A stretch of DNA of 20,003 nucleotides from Rozella allomycis CSF55 (taxonomy: Eukaryota), in contig KE561158.1 of assembly GCA_000442015.1 (NCBI GenBank), positions 62,001-82,003 of the forward strand, given 5' to 3'. A model generated the notes under the pieces. The model did no database searches and had not been told where the DNA came from. It was given only the letters and a program-made list of their open reading frames with translations. Both the position numbers and the translations under genes were made by a program. Below, one piece after another: positions 1-10,907 of the stretch (position 1 is its first letter; each line of letters begins with the position of its first letter).

Positions 1-485
1 TCTCTGTTGGACGATCTTCAGTGATATTAATTTCTTGTACTCGATTTCATAAATAATTATGACCTTACAATATTTCCCACGCCATGTCCTTTCGACAACT
101 ACCACACTGATGATTGACTATTTCAGATTACGTTACTTTGAATTTGAGATCAATGATTTGAGATTATTTAATGATCCAGACAATTTTTTCGATTTATGTG
201 ATGNGCACTGATGATTGACTATTTCAGATTAGGTTACTTTGAATTTGAGATGAATTTTTTGAGATTATTTAATGATCCAGACAATTTTTTCGATTTATGT
301 GATGATATAATCTTCATGATTTCCTCTGGGCAGTCGTAAACCAACAAATTCAGCGATGATCCTTGTGACGCCTATAATCACTTATAAGGATATAAAACCT
401 TAGACAGCAGTTCAAAAGATTCCATAGCTGATAACATTCTATTCTTGTAGCCTAAAAGAGGCAAGGCAACGTCAAAAATACTCAT
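1..485 (-). CDS. Hypothetical spliced protein with a degenerate IQ-like motif; 3' end runs off the window
   Basis: ATG at 485 preceded by AATTTCCC. GT-AG introns at 372-398 (27 nt, contains an in-frame stop), 107-136 (30 nt) and possibly 34-63 give MSIFDVALPLLG...ELLSK|ASQGSSLNLLVYDCPEEI...|VVVVERTWRGKYCK|KLISLKI. Interrupted by the duplicated segment at the n at 204. No family recognised. Confidence 0.45.
105..304. repeat. ~99-bp near-identical direct duplicate flanking gap n204 (probable allelic assembly overlap)
   Basis: 105-203 and 206-304 differ by a few substitutions and abut the n. Confidence 0.8.
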
Positions 486-522
486 GGGAAATTCCAAAAA
501 CATTTTTTATGAAAAATGAAAT

Positions 523-1272
523 TTATTTCTTTTGTTCAGTCTTCTTTGGAGCAGCTTTCTTTGGCTCTTCACCATACTGAGCTAAAAGAGCATCTTTCTT
601 GGCTTGAACACGAGCAGCACGACGTTCACGGACGTTCTTGTTTCTTGCACGTTGAGCTTCAGCTTGATCACTTGATTCAAATTTATGAATAAAATTTACG
701 CTAACAATTTGGCACGTTGTTTTTCATTCTTGGCCTTGATGATATATTCCATCAAAACACGCTTGTTCTTGAAAACATTACCCTTTGACTTGAGGTAAAG
801 TTCACGGTACAAATGCTTGTCAATTTTGCCAGCTTCCCTGTATTTTCTTAGGAGGCGTCTCAAGACACGTTGACGGCGCATCCAGATGACCATGCTTGGC
901 ATACGAGCTTCAGCAGTACCTTGGCGTTTACCATATCCAGTATGACGACCTTTACGCTTGGCAGCCAATCTTTCACGAACACGGAATCTGGAGTGCATAG
1001 CTTGTGGTTGACGGATGATCAAACCATCTTTTACTAACTTGCGAATATCTTTGCCTAAAATTAAAATATGTTCAACAAAAAAATATTAAAGCAAATTGAA
1101 TGATCGTGTAATTTGAAACAGTTGCTTACGAGAATTTGCATTTCCGATGTTTTCAGTTTCCTTTGGATCCAACCAAACTTTGCGTTTTCCACATCCGAGA
1201 ACGGAAGCTGCTAAACGTTTCTGAGAGCGTAAATTTGGCCTAAACGTAACATATATAAGCTTAAAATTACAT
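523..1272 (-). CDS. RPL19: 60S ribosomal protein L19 (eL19), 4 exons
   Basis: Exons 1271-1272 (AT), 1130-1239, 700-1054, 523-670; introns 31, 75 and 29 nt. Spliced protein [26 protein letters not shown]...[18 protein letters not shown]...[15 protein letters not shown] is canonical eL19. Confidence 0.97.
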
Positions 1273-1451
1273 TAGAGGGAAATTTACAGGGGTCGTATTC
1301 GAAAAAAAAATTCACAAATTTTGGAATTGGAATTATCAGAAATTCTAAAAACTCTGTTTTTCACCATAAAATAACGAGTTTATAACTTTTATGAAAAATT
1401 TATCCCCATTTGTATATCTATTTGATAACACTCATTTTTCAATTTTTGTAA

Positions 1452-1709
1452 ATGTCGAAAATATTTGATAGCACTAAAGAGCCCAATATTATCGGAGTAA
1501 CTAAAGTATGGTAAATCAGTTATGTTATTTATTAAAGGATAGGAATATACTTTCTTACAGTTGCGGGATATTTAGGTGCCAAAGCCTATTTATCTCGAGA
1601 AAGAAGAAATGAAGCAAAATTGAAGTTTGAGAGAAATCAAGAGAGAATAAGAAATAAGAACTTTATGTATAATGAACCAATGCAGAAGAAGAAATATGAA
1701 TATTACTAA
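1452..1709 (+). CDS. Small 76-aa single-pass membrane protein (possibly DUF4748-like), 2 exons
   Basis: Exons 1452-1510 and 1538-1709 with a 27-nt GTAAAT...AAAG intron that removes an in-frame stop. MSKIFDSTKEPNIIGVTKVWIGIYFLTVAGYLGAKAYLSRERRNEAKLKFERNQER...YEYY*. Divergent from RPL19. Confidence 0.65.
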
Positions 1710-1766
1710 TAAATGAACTTTCAACCCAGATGAATGTCAATTGATTAATACAACATGTTTATTGAT

Positions 1767-4081
1767 CTATGTTGCTTCTTCTATTTCTTCGTCTGGAACA
1801 GATACGTATCCTTCATTTGATACACTTTTATATTTATAGTTTTTGCAAATGCGCATATATAGGAGAATTGCCAGCACTAAAATACCCGAATACATGACGG
1901 ATGTNGGAACAGATACGTATCCTTCATTTGATGCACTTTTATATTTATAGTTTTTGCAAATGCGGATATATAGGAGAATTGCCAGCACTAAAATACCCGA
2001 ATACATGACGGATGTCCACATTTCATGATGTGGAATATTACCAATTGGATCAAAAAGGTTAAATAGGATTACTAATAGGTTACCGAGAGCTATCGCTAAA
2101 AGCCATCCTGACTGGCAAATCGATTTCATCGATGAAGGTGCTTGTGAGTATGCTATATAAAGTCATTAATATTGTCTACCAAATTCCAAACCAGTTATAC
2201 TAACCAATACTTCCCCGCATGTAAGAACGATGTATTGAGGTATTTGCCACAAAATTGATATACAGTTATCATTGCATTGAGAGGCATCACTAAGTCTAGG
2301 GCCAGTCATGGTATTATCAATTTCAAATTGGAGATATGCTGACATTAAAAATGCTACAAGCGCAATTATCAAACCCGCGCCAATTTTCCTTAGTGCGGTT
2401 AATTTGATGCCAAATTTCCTGACAGCAGGGAAAATAAGTTTTTGAAATAAAGGAATCATAATTAAAATGAAAACAGTGTTCCAAACCTGCATTGATTCTG
2501 GAGGAATTGAAATTGTGCTGCCGAATATTGACGCTTTATGGTTCATTTGCCAAACCTGTGCCGTCCATCTAGATCCTTGTTGATCATAGATCATCCAAAA
2601 AACTGACAGTGGAGCGAAAATAATCAAGACAGAAAACACAGACTTGATTTCATCTATAGTTTTGCGGTCAAATAACGGGTATGCGTAATATAACCAATGG
2701 TTAGGTAATTCGGCCTCAGATTCTTCCCTTTTCCTTTTTCTTCTCTCTTTTATTGCAGTTTTTACAACATTAAACATCAAAATAGAAACATTCCCACTTA
2801 GAGGTCTGTGTTTGTAGGATTTAGAGCCAATAACAAACAAGCAAGTCGCTACAATTAACAAGATCGCGGGCAAGCCAAAAGCCAATGGAAAACATTGATC
2901 AGATCCAAAACTTTTGAATTTTAATAAAAAAATTACCATTGAACATTTTCCCTAATCCATGGAGTTATTATCATGGAAAAGAAACTTCCCGCATTTATCG
3001 AAAAATAGAACAGCGAGAAAAATAACGCTGATTGCTTAACCTGTGAAGCATCGAATTGATCACCACCAAAAGAAACAACACAGGGCTTTTTTGTTTGATT
3101 GTAATATTTACCTTGATACCTCCTGTACCTATAGCTAACAATAGAAGCCCAATTAAAGCCCCATAGGGCTGTGGTGGATTGCCGGCAACAGATGGAAATG
3201 CAGTCACTGCCATTACTATGTTCCCAATAATATATACAATAGAAAGAGTTAAAATTGTTCTATATTTTCCCCAATAGCTATCTGCTAAAATAGCCCCTAT
3301 TCAAATATAACATTGGCGTCATACCGAATAATGGAAAAAAATATGCCAACATGACAAATGAATGATAAATCGAAGTAGCCATTCCATCAGGGAATCTCAA
3401 AAACTGTGCTAGGTATGTCCACAGAATTGCCCGCATTCCATAGTAAGAAAACCTCTCGCAGAACTCATTACCGATTATAAAAANGCTTCCCGCATTTATC
3501 GAAAAATAGAATAGCGAGAAAAACAATGCGGACTGTTTAACCTGTGAAGCATCGAATTGATCACCACCAAAAGAAACAACACAGGGCTTTTTTGTTTGAT
3601 TGTAATATTTACCTTGATACCTCCTGTACCTATAGCTAACAATAGAAGCCCAATTAAGGCCCCATAAGGCTGTGGTGGATTGCCAGCAACAGATGGAAAT
3701 GCAGTCACTGCCATTACTATGTTCCCAATAATATATACAATAGAAAGAGTTAAAATTGTTCTATATTTTCCCCAATAGCTATCTGCTAAAATAGCCCCTA
3801 TTCAAATATAACATTGGCGTCATACCGAATAATGGAAAAAAATATGCCAACATGACAAATGAATGATAAATCGAAGTAGCCATTCCATCAGGGAATCTCA
3901 AAAACTGTGCCAGATATGTCCACAGAATTGCCCTCATTCCATAGTAAGAAAACCTCTCGCAGAACTCATTACCGATTATAAAAAATACAGATTTTGGAAG
4001 TGAATCACTAGAATGATTATCGGACCCCATTATTTCAGTAGGGCCTCCGGCTTCCAATAATTTATCTGAATCTTCCGACAT
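1767..4081 (-). CDS. PTR2: Proton-dependent oligopeptide transporter (POT/PTR2, SLC15 PepT-like); one gene with assembly-duplicated segments
   Basis: ExxERFxYYG motif (NEFCERFSYYGMR), PTR2 signature after splicing (GAILADSYWGKYRTI), FYFSINAGS, and WQIPQY...GLEFAYSQAP. Four short GT-AG introns. Duplicates at n1905 and n3484. Confidence 0.93.
1795..2015. repeat. ~110-bp duplicate flanking gap n1905 (probable allelic overlap)
   Basis: 1795-1904 and 1906-2015 are identical except for about 2 SNPs. Confidence 0.8.
2984..3984. repeat. ~500-bp duplicate flanking gap n3484 (probable allelic overlap)
   Basis: 2984-3483 and 3485-3984 are near-identical, including introns, with scattered and mostly synonymous SNPs. 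Confidence 0.8.
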
Positions 4082-4158
4082 TAAATTAATTTGGAAAAAT
4101 CTAAAATTGATTTATAGAAACTGCTAAGAATTCAAGTAGGCTTTAAAAAATTTATTCG

Positions 4159-4605
4159 TTAACGAATTGCAATACATTTTCGCTTCTCCGCCGCCTCGCT
4201 TTTGGCGACTCTGAGTTTCAAAACGCCATTATCCAAAGTAGCCTCTGTCTTTTCTGGATCCACTTGTGCCGGTAATCTCACACTTCGCTTCATTTTTCCG
4301 TAGAACCTCTCCGTCAAATGAATTGTTCCATTATTTTCGTCTCTTTGATCTCTCCTCTCTGTTTCCACTGTCAGCACATTATCTTCCAAGTTTACGGAAA
4401 TGTCCTCTTTCGCTATGCCCGGCAGATCGGCTTGTATCACATACGCGTTATCGAGTTCCGATATATCAAGAGCTAACTGTGGTTTAATATGAGTTGATTT
4501 AAATGGCTTTGAAACCTGCTTGTTGCTAGCAGGCTCATCAAAAAAGTCGTGTAAACGTTGTTCAATGTAGCGATCAAAGTTATCAACTGGTGTTATTCCA
4601 AACAT
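4159..4605 (-). CDS. Small heat shock protein (HSP20/alpha-crystallin family), intronless, 148 aa
   Basis: DISE...ADLPGIAKEDISV...ERFYGKMKRSVRLP...ATLDNGVLKLRV and a C-terminal IxI motif (CIAIR). Confidence 0.95.
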   Translation of the reverse strand: MFGITPVDNFDRYIEQRLHDFFDEPASNKQVSKPFKSTHIKPQLALDISELDNAYVIQADLPGIAKEDISVNLEDNVLTVETERRDQRDENNGTIHLTERFYGKMKRSVRLPAQVDPEKTEATLDNGVLKLRVAKSEAAEKRKCIAIR

Positions 4606-4630
4606 ATAGTTATTGGTATTAATTATGGAA

Positions 4631-4827
4631 AGTCATAAGTGCGCGCCTATTTATATTGTGACCCATCGATTTCTGGAAATTTCGAGATGTCTGATCAGAT
4701 TCGGAGAATTTCTACAAAATCTTATCNAGAGAGTCATTAGTGCGCGCCTATTTATATTGTGGCCCATCGATTTCTGGAAATTTCGAGATGTCGGATCAGA
4801 TTCGGAGAATTTCTACCGAATCTTATC
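4631..4827. repeat. ~96-bp duplicate of the sHSP promoter flanking gap n4727 (probable allelic overlap)
   Basis: 4631-4726 and 4732-4827 differ by about 5 substitutions. Confidence 0.75.
4648..4684 (-). promoter_or_regulatory. TATA box plus heat shock element of the sHSP gene
   Basis: TATAAATA on the minus strand at 4648-4655, about 43 nt upstream of the ATG. Perfect three-unit HSE tTTCtgGAAatTTCg at 4670-4684. Confidence 0.85.
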
Positions 4828-5132
4828 GAACGACATGAAGTTGATAATTGAACATGTAGTATAAATTTATTTATTCATATTCAATTGACTCTTCTGAGAT
4901 GATAATGGCTCAGCCATTAATAATAGGACTACTCAAACGTGACGAAATTTGGAAGGGAACAGCAAAATAAATTTGCAACATGATTGGCACAGACATTGGC
5001 ACTAACAAATTTAGAAAACGGAACAACAAAGTTACGATTACAGAGGGGGTCAGGATAAAAATATCCTCTTTGGTTTGCATGAAAATAATAATTATACCTA
5101 AAATCATGAAAATGATCTATTCAAGTCCACTC

Positions 5133-5143
5133 TATATAAATAG
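5133..5143 (+). promoter_or_regulatory. TATA box of the thaumatin-like gene
   Basis: TATATAAATAG about 30 nt upstream of ATG 5174. Confidence 0.6.
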
Positions 5144-5173
5144 CACTCATACCCCCGTTTCAAACTTTCAAAC

Positions 5174-5948
5174 ATGTACCATTTGCAAGCATCAATTCTG
5201 CTATCAGCTCTCACCACCTTTTCGCTAGCCTCCATCACCATAAATTTCACCAACCAATGCCATTCAGACATCTGGGTGGGCGGCATGGGNCGGCCTGCAC
5301 CTCCCAAAAGGCACCACACAATCCCTCAACCTGCGCACTCCGCTCACCGCCGGCCGGTTCTGGGGCCGCACGGGCTGCACCAAAACCCCCACCGGCCTCG
5401 TTTGTGAAAGCGGCGACTGCGGCGGCCAAGAGAAATGCCACAGCACCAGCGGCCAGCCCGCCACGCTGTTTGAATTGACTGTTGATTCGCAAATAACGTA
5501 TGATATCAGCAACGTCGACGGGTTTAATCTGCCGATGCGAGTGAGTGTTGGCAATGAGGATGGTAATAGGTGCAAGAGTATAGAGTGTACGTCGATGAAG
5601 CTTGGAATGTGTCCAAGGGATTTGCAGATTTTGAATGCACGGGAGGAGGTGGTTGCGTGTATGAGTATGTGCAAGGAGATTGATGATGCTCCGCATAGAG
5701 AAAAGTCGGCTAGTCTGTCAAGTATGTTTAAACAGGATAGTGCTGTTAGAGATCTTGTTTGTTGTATGGGAGAGTATGGGACACCGGACAAGTGCAATGT
5801 TAAAGCATGGCCCAGTCTAGATGGAGTTAATATGCAGTCGATGATCAAACAACTGTGTCCCGATGCATATAGTTACGCATACGATGATTTGACCTCTACA
5901 TTTATATGTGATTTGAATACTAAAGAGTTTACAGTCACATTTTGTTAA
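5174..5948 (+). CDS. Secreted thaumatin-like protein (PR-5/GH152), frame broken only at gap n5290
   Basis: Signal peptide MYHLQASILLSALTTFSLA, then INFTNQCHSDIWVG. After the gap: GRFWGRTGC...CESGDCGG...PATLFELT...YDISNVDGFNLPM...KQLCPDAYSYAYDDLTSTFIC...FTVTFC. Confidence 0.95.
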
Positions 5949-6028
5949 TAAACCTTTTAAAATTGTAAAATTCAAATAATAAAATTTATTGCTTTAGATC
6001 ACATAAACATTTTTCAATAGCTTGATAA

Positions 6029-9000
6029 TTAGAATGGCTTCACTCTAGTCTTACTCTTCAACATAGCATACGTAACAGTCTACCCAATTCAATCCCATAT
6101 CTTACCTGACCAGGCACCTTAACCTCACTCATCACCACGTCCCCAAAAACATCTCTATTCTTCTCCACAATATTCCACCACGCCTTTTCAAGCACCACAG
6201 CCGACCGACTGACCGGCGCATCCTACGCTCCCAAACACCAACACAGCATACCTCTCCATTAAACCTAATACAATTATCAATAACCAATTTAAAGTCGCTC
6301 AAAACTTGGCCAACATTCTCGTAAAAATCCTGCTGCAGTTTGGTATGGATCGTTGAGAGGTCCATTGGCTGCTTGATTATTTTCGGATAGTTGAAGAGCT
6401 TCAGTTGCTTGTAATCAACTGGCTCGTTGAATGGAAACGCGAACACTTCCTGTCTGATACCCTGGATCAGCTGAACAAGTCTGTGTTTTAAATCTCTAGG
6501 GATCGGGTTCTGCGGTTTCTTCAATGGCAGACATGAAACTAGTCTTGGCCATTCCTTTTCATAAAACAAATCCAATTTCTTTGCCATTACAAACACCTAA
6601 AATTGTTTCTGATTGAATCTATTTACTTCTGAATCATCGAGATTAAAAGTGTAAGCGTTTTTGATCATCAACTTGAAATCAAAGATGAAATCATCAATTG
6701 TTGCATACTTTTCAATACGCCCTGCGAGTGTTTTCAGATCCATGGGCATTCTGATAATGTCATAGTATTTGGGAATGGAATACAAGATGGCGTCAACGGG
6801 ATCCAAGAATGGAAATGCGAATGGCTGTTTTTTACATTTTTCAATCAAATTGTGGCAAACAATGATTTCTTCAGGATCCATTCTAGTGTGAGGCCAGGGT
6901 GTTAACCAACCAGCCACTTGAGTTTCAAACACATTTAATAATTCTAGAGCTTCGGTGTAGATGGAGGAATCTTGGTTGTTGTAAATGAAGCAGTTGACGA
7001 ATACTTGTTGCACATCGAGAATGAAATCAAAGGTGGAAGAGTAGTTTGAGAGATTTGATTCTATTGTAGAGAAATCCATTGGACGTTTAATTAAATGAAA
7101 GTAATTTGGGATATTTAAAGCTACTGGATCAACCGGTTCAAGAAAATGGTAACCTAATGGATGATCTTTTAAGAGAGATAGTAATGATTTGGCTTGATTT
7201 AAATTGAATGATTTAGGGAATCTACCAGACCAGCCATTGGAATAAGCTTCCAACGGTGCAGCTGATGTTAAAGAGATTGAAGGAGATTCAATTACTCTAT
7301 CAGAGTGGACTATTGTAGGGGACTGATTAATAATTGGAGACTCTATCAACGTAGATAATTCATCAATTTTGTAAGATTCATTGATTGTTTGTTCTTGTTG
7401 TTTTGAAGGTTTTAATTTTAATTTTATTGTAGAAGATTTTCTCCTTTCATTATTCAATTTCAATGAAACTTGCAATGATTTTCTACGCCCATCTCTTTCT
7501 CTCTCTCTTTCTCTTTCTACTTTTTCCCTCTCTAATCTCTCCCTCTCTAATCTCTCCAACCTCTCTAAATTTTCTAATTCATAATTCATTCTCTTTTGAT
7601 TCCACTCACTAATTTCTTCATTCTCAATTTGAATTCTAAAATTTCTATCATGCTCACTCTCATTATAATCACCAATAACTAAATCCTGCTGAAACAATGA
7701 CTTGACTCTAATTAAACACTTTTCATAAATCTTTTCAAGTTGAATTGAATTTTGATAAACAAGAGAACCTAAAAATAGAACAATGAAATTTCACAAATAC
7801 CTTTTTGATTAAAAAGTTGGCAATTTTTAAAGATTAATGAAACATCAGAATCAAAATGTTTAAAATTTTTGTAAATGTTTAATTTAGATTCAATTTTTGA
7901 TATATCCATTGGTCTTTTTATTTTGTTGAAATAGATTGGAATGTTTAATGCTATTGGATCTACAGGGTATAGAAAATCTATAGAAATTTTTTGAGATTTA
8001 ATTTTATCTAGAATTTCTAAAAATAGATCTAATAATTTCTTTTTTGGTTTTGGAATTAATTGTTTGGAAATTTGAAAAAATAATTTTTCAGTTTCCAGCC
8101 ATTCTTGTTTCTCTAATTTATTAAATGAAAATTTATTGTTTTTTATTAAAGATTCAAAAGATTCAACAAAAGATTCAATTGATTTAAATTGGTTCAAGTT
8201 GTTTCTCAACAATAAATAATCTGGATTAGTTAAGACCATTTGTCTTTCTCTTCCTGGATCATATTCCAATCTATTAACCAAACAAGCAATAACGCGATCA
8301 ATAGGAGGTACAGAGGGGGGTTGAAATGGTTGGGAATTAGTCACTGGTGAAGTAGTTGTAGTAAGAGGTGTAGTAGTAGCAGTAGAAGTAGTAGTAATTG
8401 ATTCAACCTTATCTTTCTCTTCTCCCTTCTCATCACCTTCACCTTCCACCCCTCCCCCTTCTACCTCTAACCACGTGGTAATGTTCTCATTAAAAAGATT
8501 CAACAAACTCTCCCCCTTCTTATAAAACAACGAATCAGGGGTATTAAAAGTAAAACAATTCTTGAAAATCAATTCAAAATCAAACATCAACTGATGCAAA
8601 TTCAAATACTTGCCACACAATGCCTTGCATTCAATAGTAAACAGATCCATCGGCTGCTTAATAACCTTGTAGTAATTATACACTCGCTTGTCAACTGGAT
8701 ACTTGAATATTTCAGACTCTGGAATCAAGCTTAATTGATCTAGAATTGATAATGCTTTTTCTGATATTTTGGTTGTGGAATTTGGAATTGCTATTATTGT
8801 TTTTATTGACTCTTCTGGAAGTGGATATTCTGGAATGTGATAACACAAGTCTAGATATTTAAATATTGATTTTAATCTCTGAGGATCGTTTATTAGTTTA
8901 TTAAATACATATTTTCTTATTCTGCTGCAAGTAGCATTAGCCAATGCCATAAATTCAGAAGTTTGTATAGACATTGAAGTAGATATTGAAGTAGACATTG

Positions 9001-10906
9001 AAGTAGATGGACCATAAGTAGTAGAAGTAGTATCAACTGTAGCAGTAGCCTCACCTTCCTTACTCTCTCCACTTCCCTCTCCTTCCTTTCTCTCTCTACT
9101 CTCTCCACTCTCTCTACTCTCTCCACTATCTTCACCCTTATCACACCACTGCCGTATGAAATCAATTAATTGTTGGACTTGCTTTCCATCTTCTTCAACT
9201 CTCGCAGGAATTTCCACATTACTCAACGATCTTCTACACTCCTTGCTAAAATACCTCTGCAATTTCAATCCCTTCTCATAAACAATAGACCCAGGGTCAT
9301 TGAATACAAAACAATTATCAAACATTAAAACAATATCGCTAATAAAATCACCGACAGTCTTGTAATGATTCAACTTGTATTCAATAGTGGACAAGTCTAT
9401 TGGATTAGTAATAATGTTGTAGTAGAATGGAGTTTTAATGTCAACTGGGTATCTGAATGGAATAGCCTCTGGATGTTCAGCCAGTCTGTTTAATAGCTTT
9501 TTGCAGGTTGGAATAAATAGTGAAATGTCATCGTTGTTGAAGGGTGAAGAATTGATGGACTTTCTTTTAATGTCTAGTTGGAATTGATTGAATTCATCTT
9601 CAACGTCTGATAATTGTTCTGGTTGTTCATTAATTGATATTTTAATTCTCATTGGTTGCATGAATTGTTTCTCATAATAGATTTCATATATTTGCATTAG
9701 ATAGCCATCCAACATGGGATTCACATTAAACAATTCTAATATTCTATTCTTTATCCATTCTTGCTGTTTCATCCATTCTTTGAATTTACATTGTTTTGTT
9801 TTTATCAATTTTAAGATATTAATCAAGCAGCAAACTTTAATTTCCAAGCAATCCCACTTGACCAAATCCAACACATAAGCCATCACATCCATTAGGGGAT
9901 TTAAAGGTAGTGAGTTTGACGTAGTAATAGATGTACTATTAGCAGTAACACCTGAACCTGTAGTAGTAATACTTGCACCTGTACTATTAACACTTACACT
10001 CGCTGTCACACTTGCACTACTACTCTTCCCCCCATTAACCCCACTAACTCCCCTNACTAGCAGTTGCACTACTACTACTTTTCCCCCCATTAACCCCACT
10101 AACTCCCCTTTCATCACCTCTTCCCTCTTGAAGAAAAGATAAAATTAATAAACTCTTGATGGCTTCTTTCCTAACAGAAATAAAATGCCCCTGTTTAGAA
10201 TAAGCTTTAAACAATTCCAAATCAATTTCCATTAACCTAGTCATTTGAAATTTACAAAGAGATTCCAAACACGAAACAGTCCACGTATTATGAAACGATG
10301 GAAACAACAAATCTTTCAATCGGTACCTCTCAATCTCTGACAGAATATCTTCAAACATGGGGTTTCTATAGTTCACTTTATTTCCTTTATTGATTATTAG
10401 AATAGATCTCGTTAATGATTTTATCACTGATGATACATAATAACTATCAGAATACTTTTTAAATCATTTCAATTGTTTACTTGATCATTTCCATTGTCAT
10501 TGTAACATAAAATATTCAACAGAAATTTAACTACAATCATTGGAGATTGGCCATTCTCATATCTAGAAAATGAAATTGCTTCTATTATTGCCTATTCTTA
10601 AGAGTTTAATGGTTTACTTTTTGCATAAAATAGTTTGTAAAGTTTTCAAATGAATTTGGCTTTGGCACTGTATAACTCTCTTGCTGTTCAGAATAACAAT
10701 ATCTTTCTTTCAATGGAAATAATAGTTTACCTATAATAATCAATTACTCTACTTGATTACCTCGTCTTGAAAAATGTTAATAAATATTTCAATCCCTTCC
10801 AATCCAAACTCTGATTCCCAACATGCTTCGCCAACGAATACGCAGCCTATTTGATTAGTCTTCAATCTTTACTTGCATTCTAACTCTATAAAATGCTTTT
10901 GAATCA
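6029..10906 (-). CDS. TAF2: TFIID subunit TAF2 C-terminal part fused to six bromodomains; 5' portion lost in gap n10907
   Basis: Spliced 5' part reads FYRVRMQ|AAYSLAK...NSFENFTNYFMQK|AI...LLNILCYNDN..|YSDSYY...EIERYRLKDLLFPSFHNTWTVSCL...YSKQGHFISVRKEA, matching TAF2. Six PVD...PMDL...N..(F/Y)N bromodomains follow in the same spliced frame. The stop at 6029 assumes a last 26-nt intron. Confidence 0.9.
10703..10760 (-). other. Double abutting mini-intron (30 + 28 nt) in TAF2
   Basis: ACGAG|gtaatcaagtagagtaattgattattatag|gtaaactattatttccattgaaagaaag|ATATTGT restores ...KTRYCY. Confidence 0.7.
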
Positions 10907-10907
10907 N

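Noticed and set aside
2984-3984. True tandem duplication of the PTR2 N-terminal half
   Set aside because: The copies meet exactly at an n and differ only by scattered SNPs, as at four other gaps; an allelic assembly overlap is more likely.
4631-4827. Duplicated HSE/TATA enhancer
   Set aside because: It flanks gap n4727 and is most likely the same assembly artefact.
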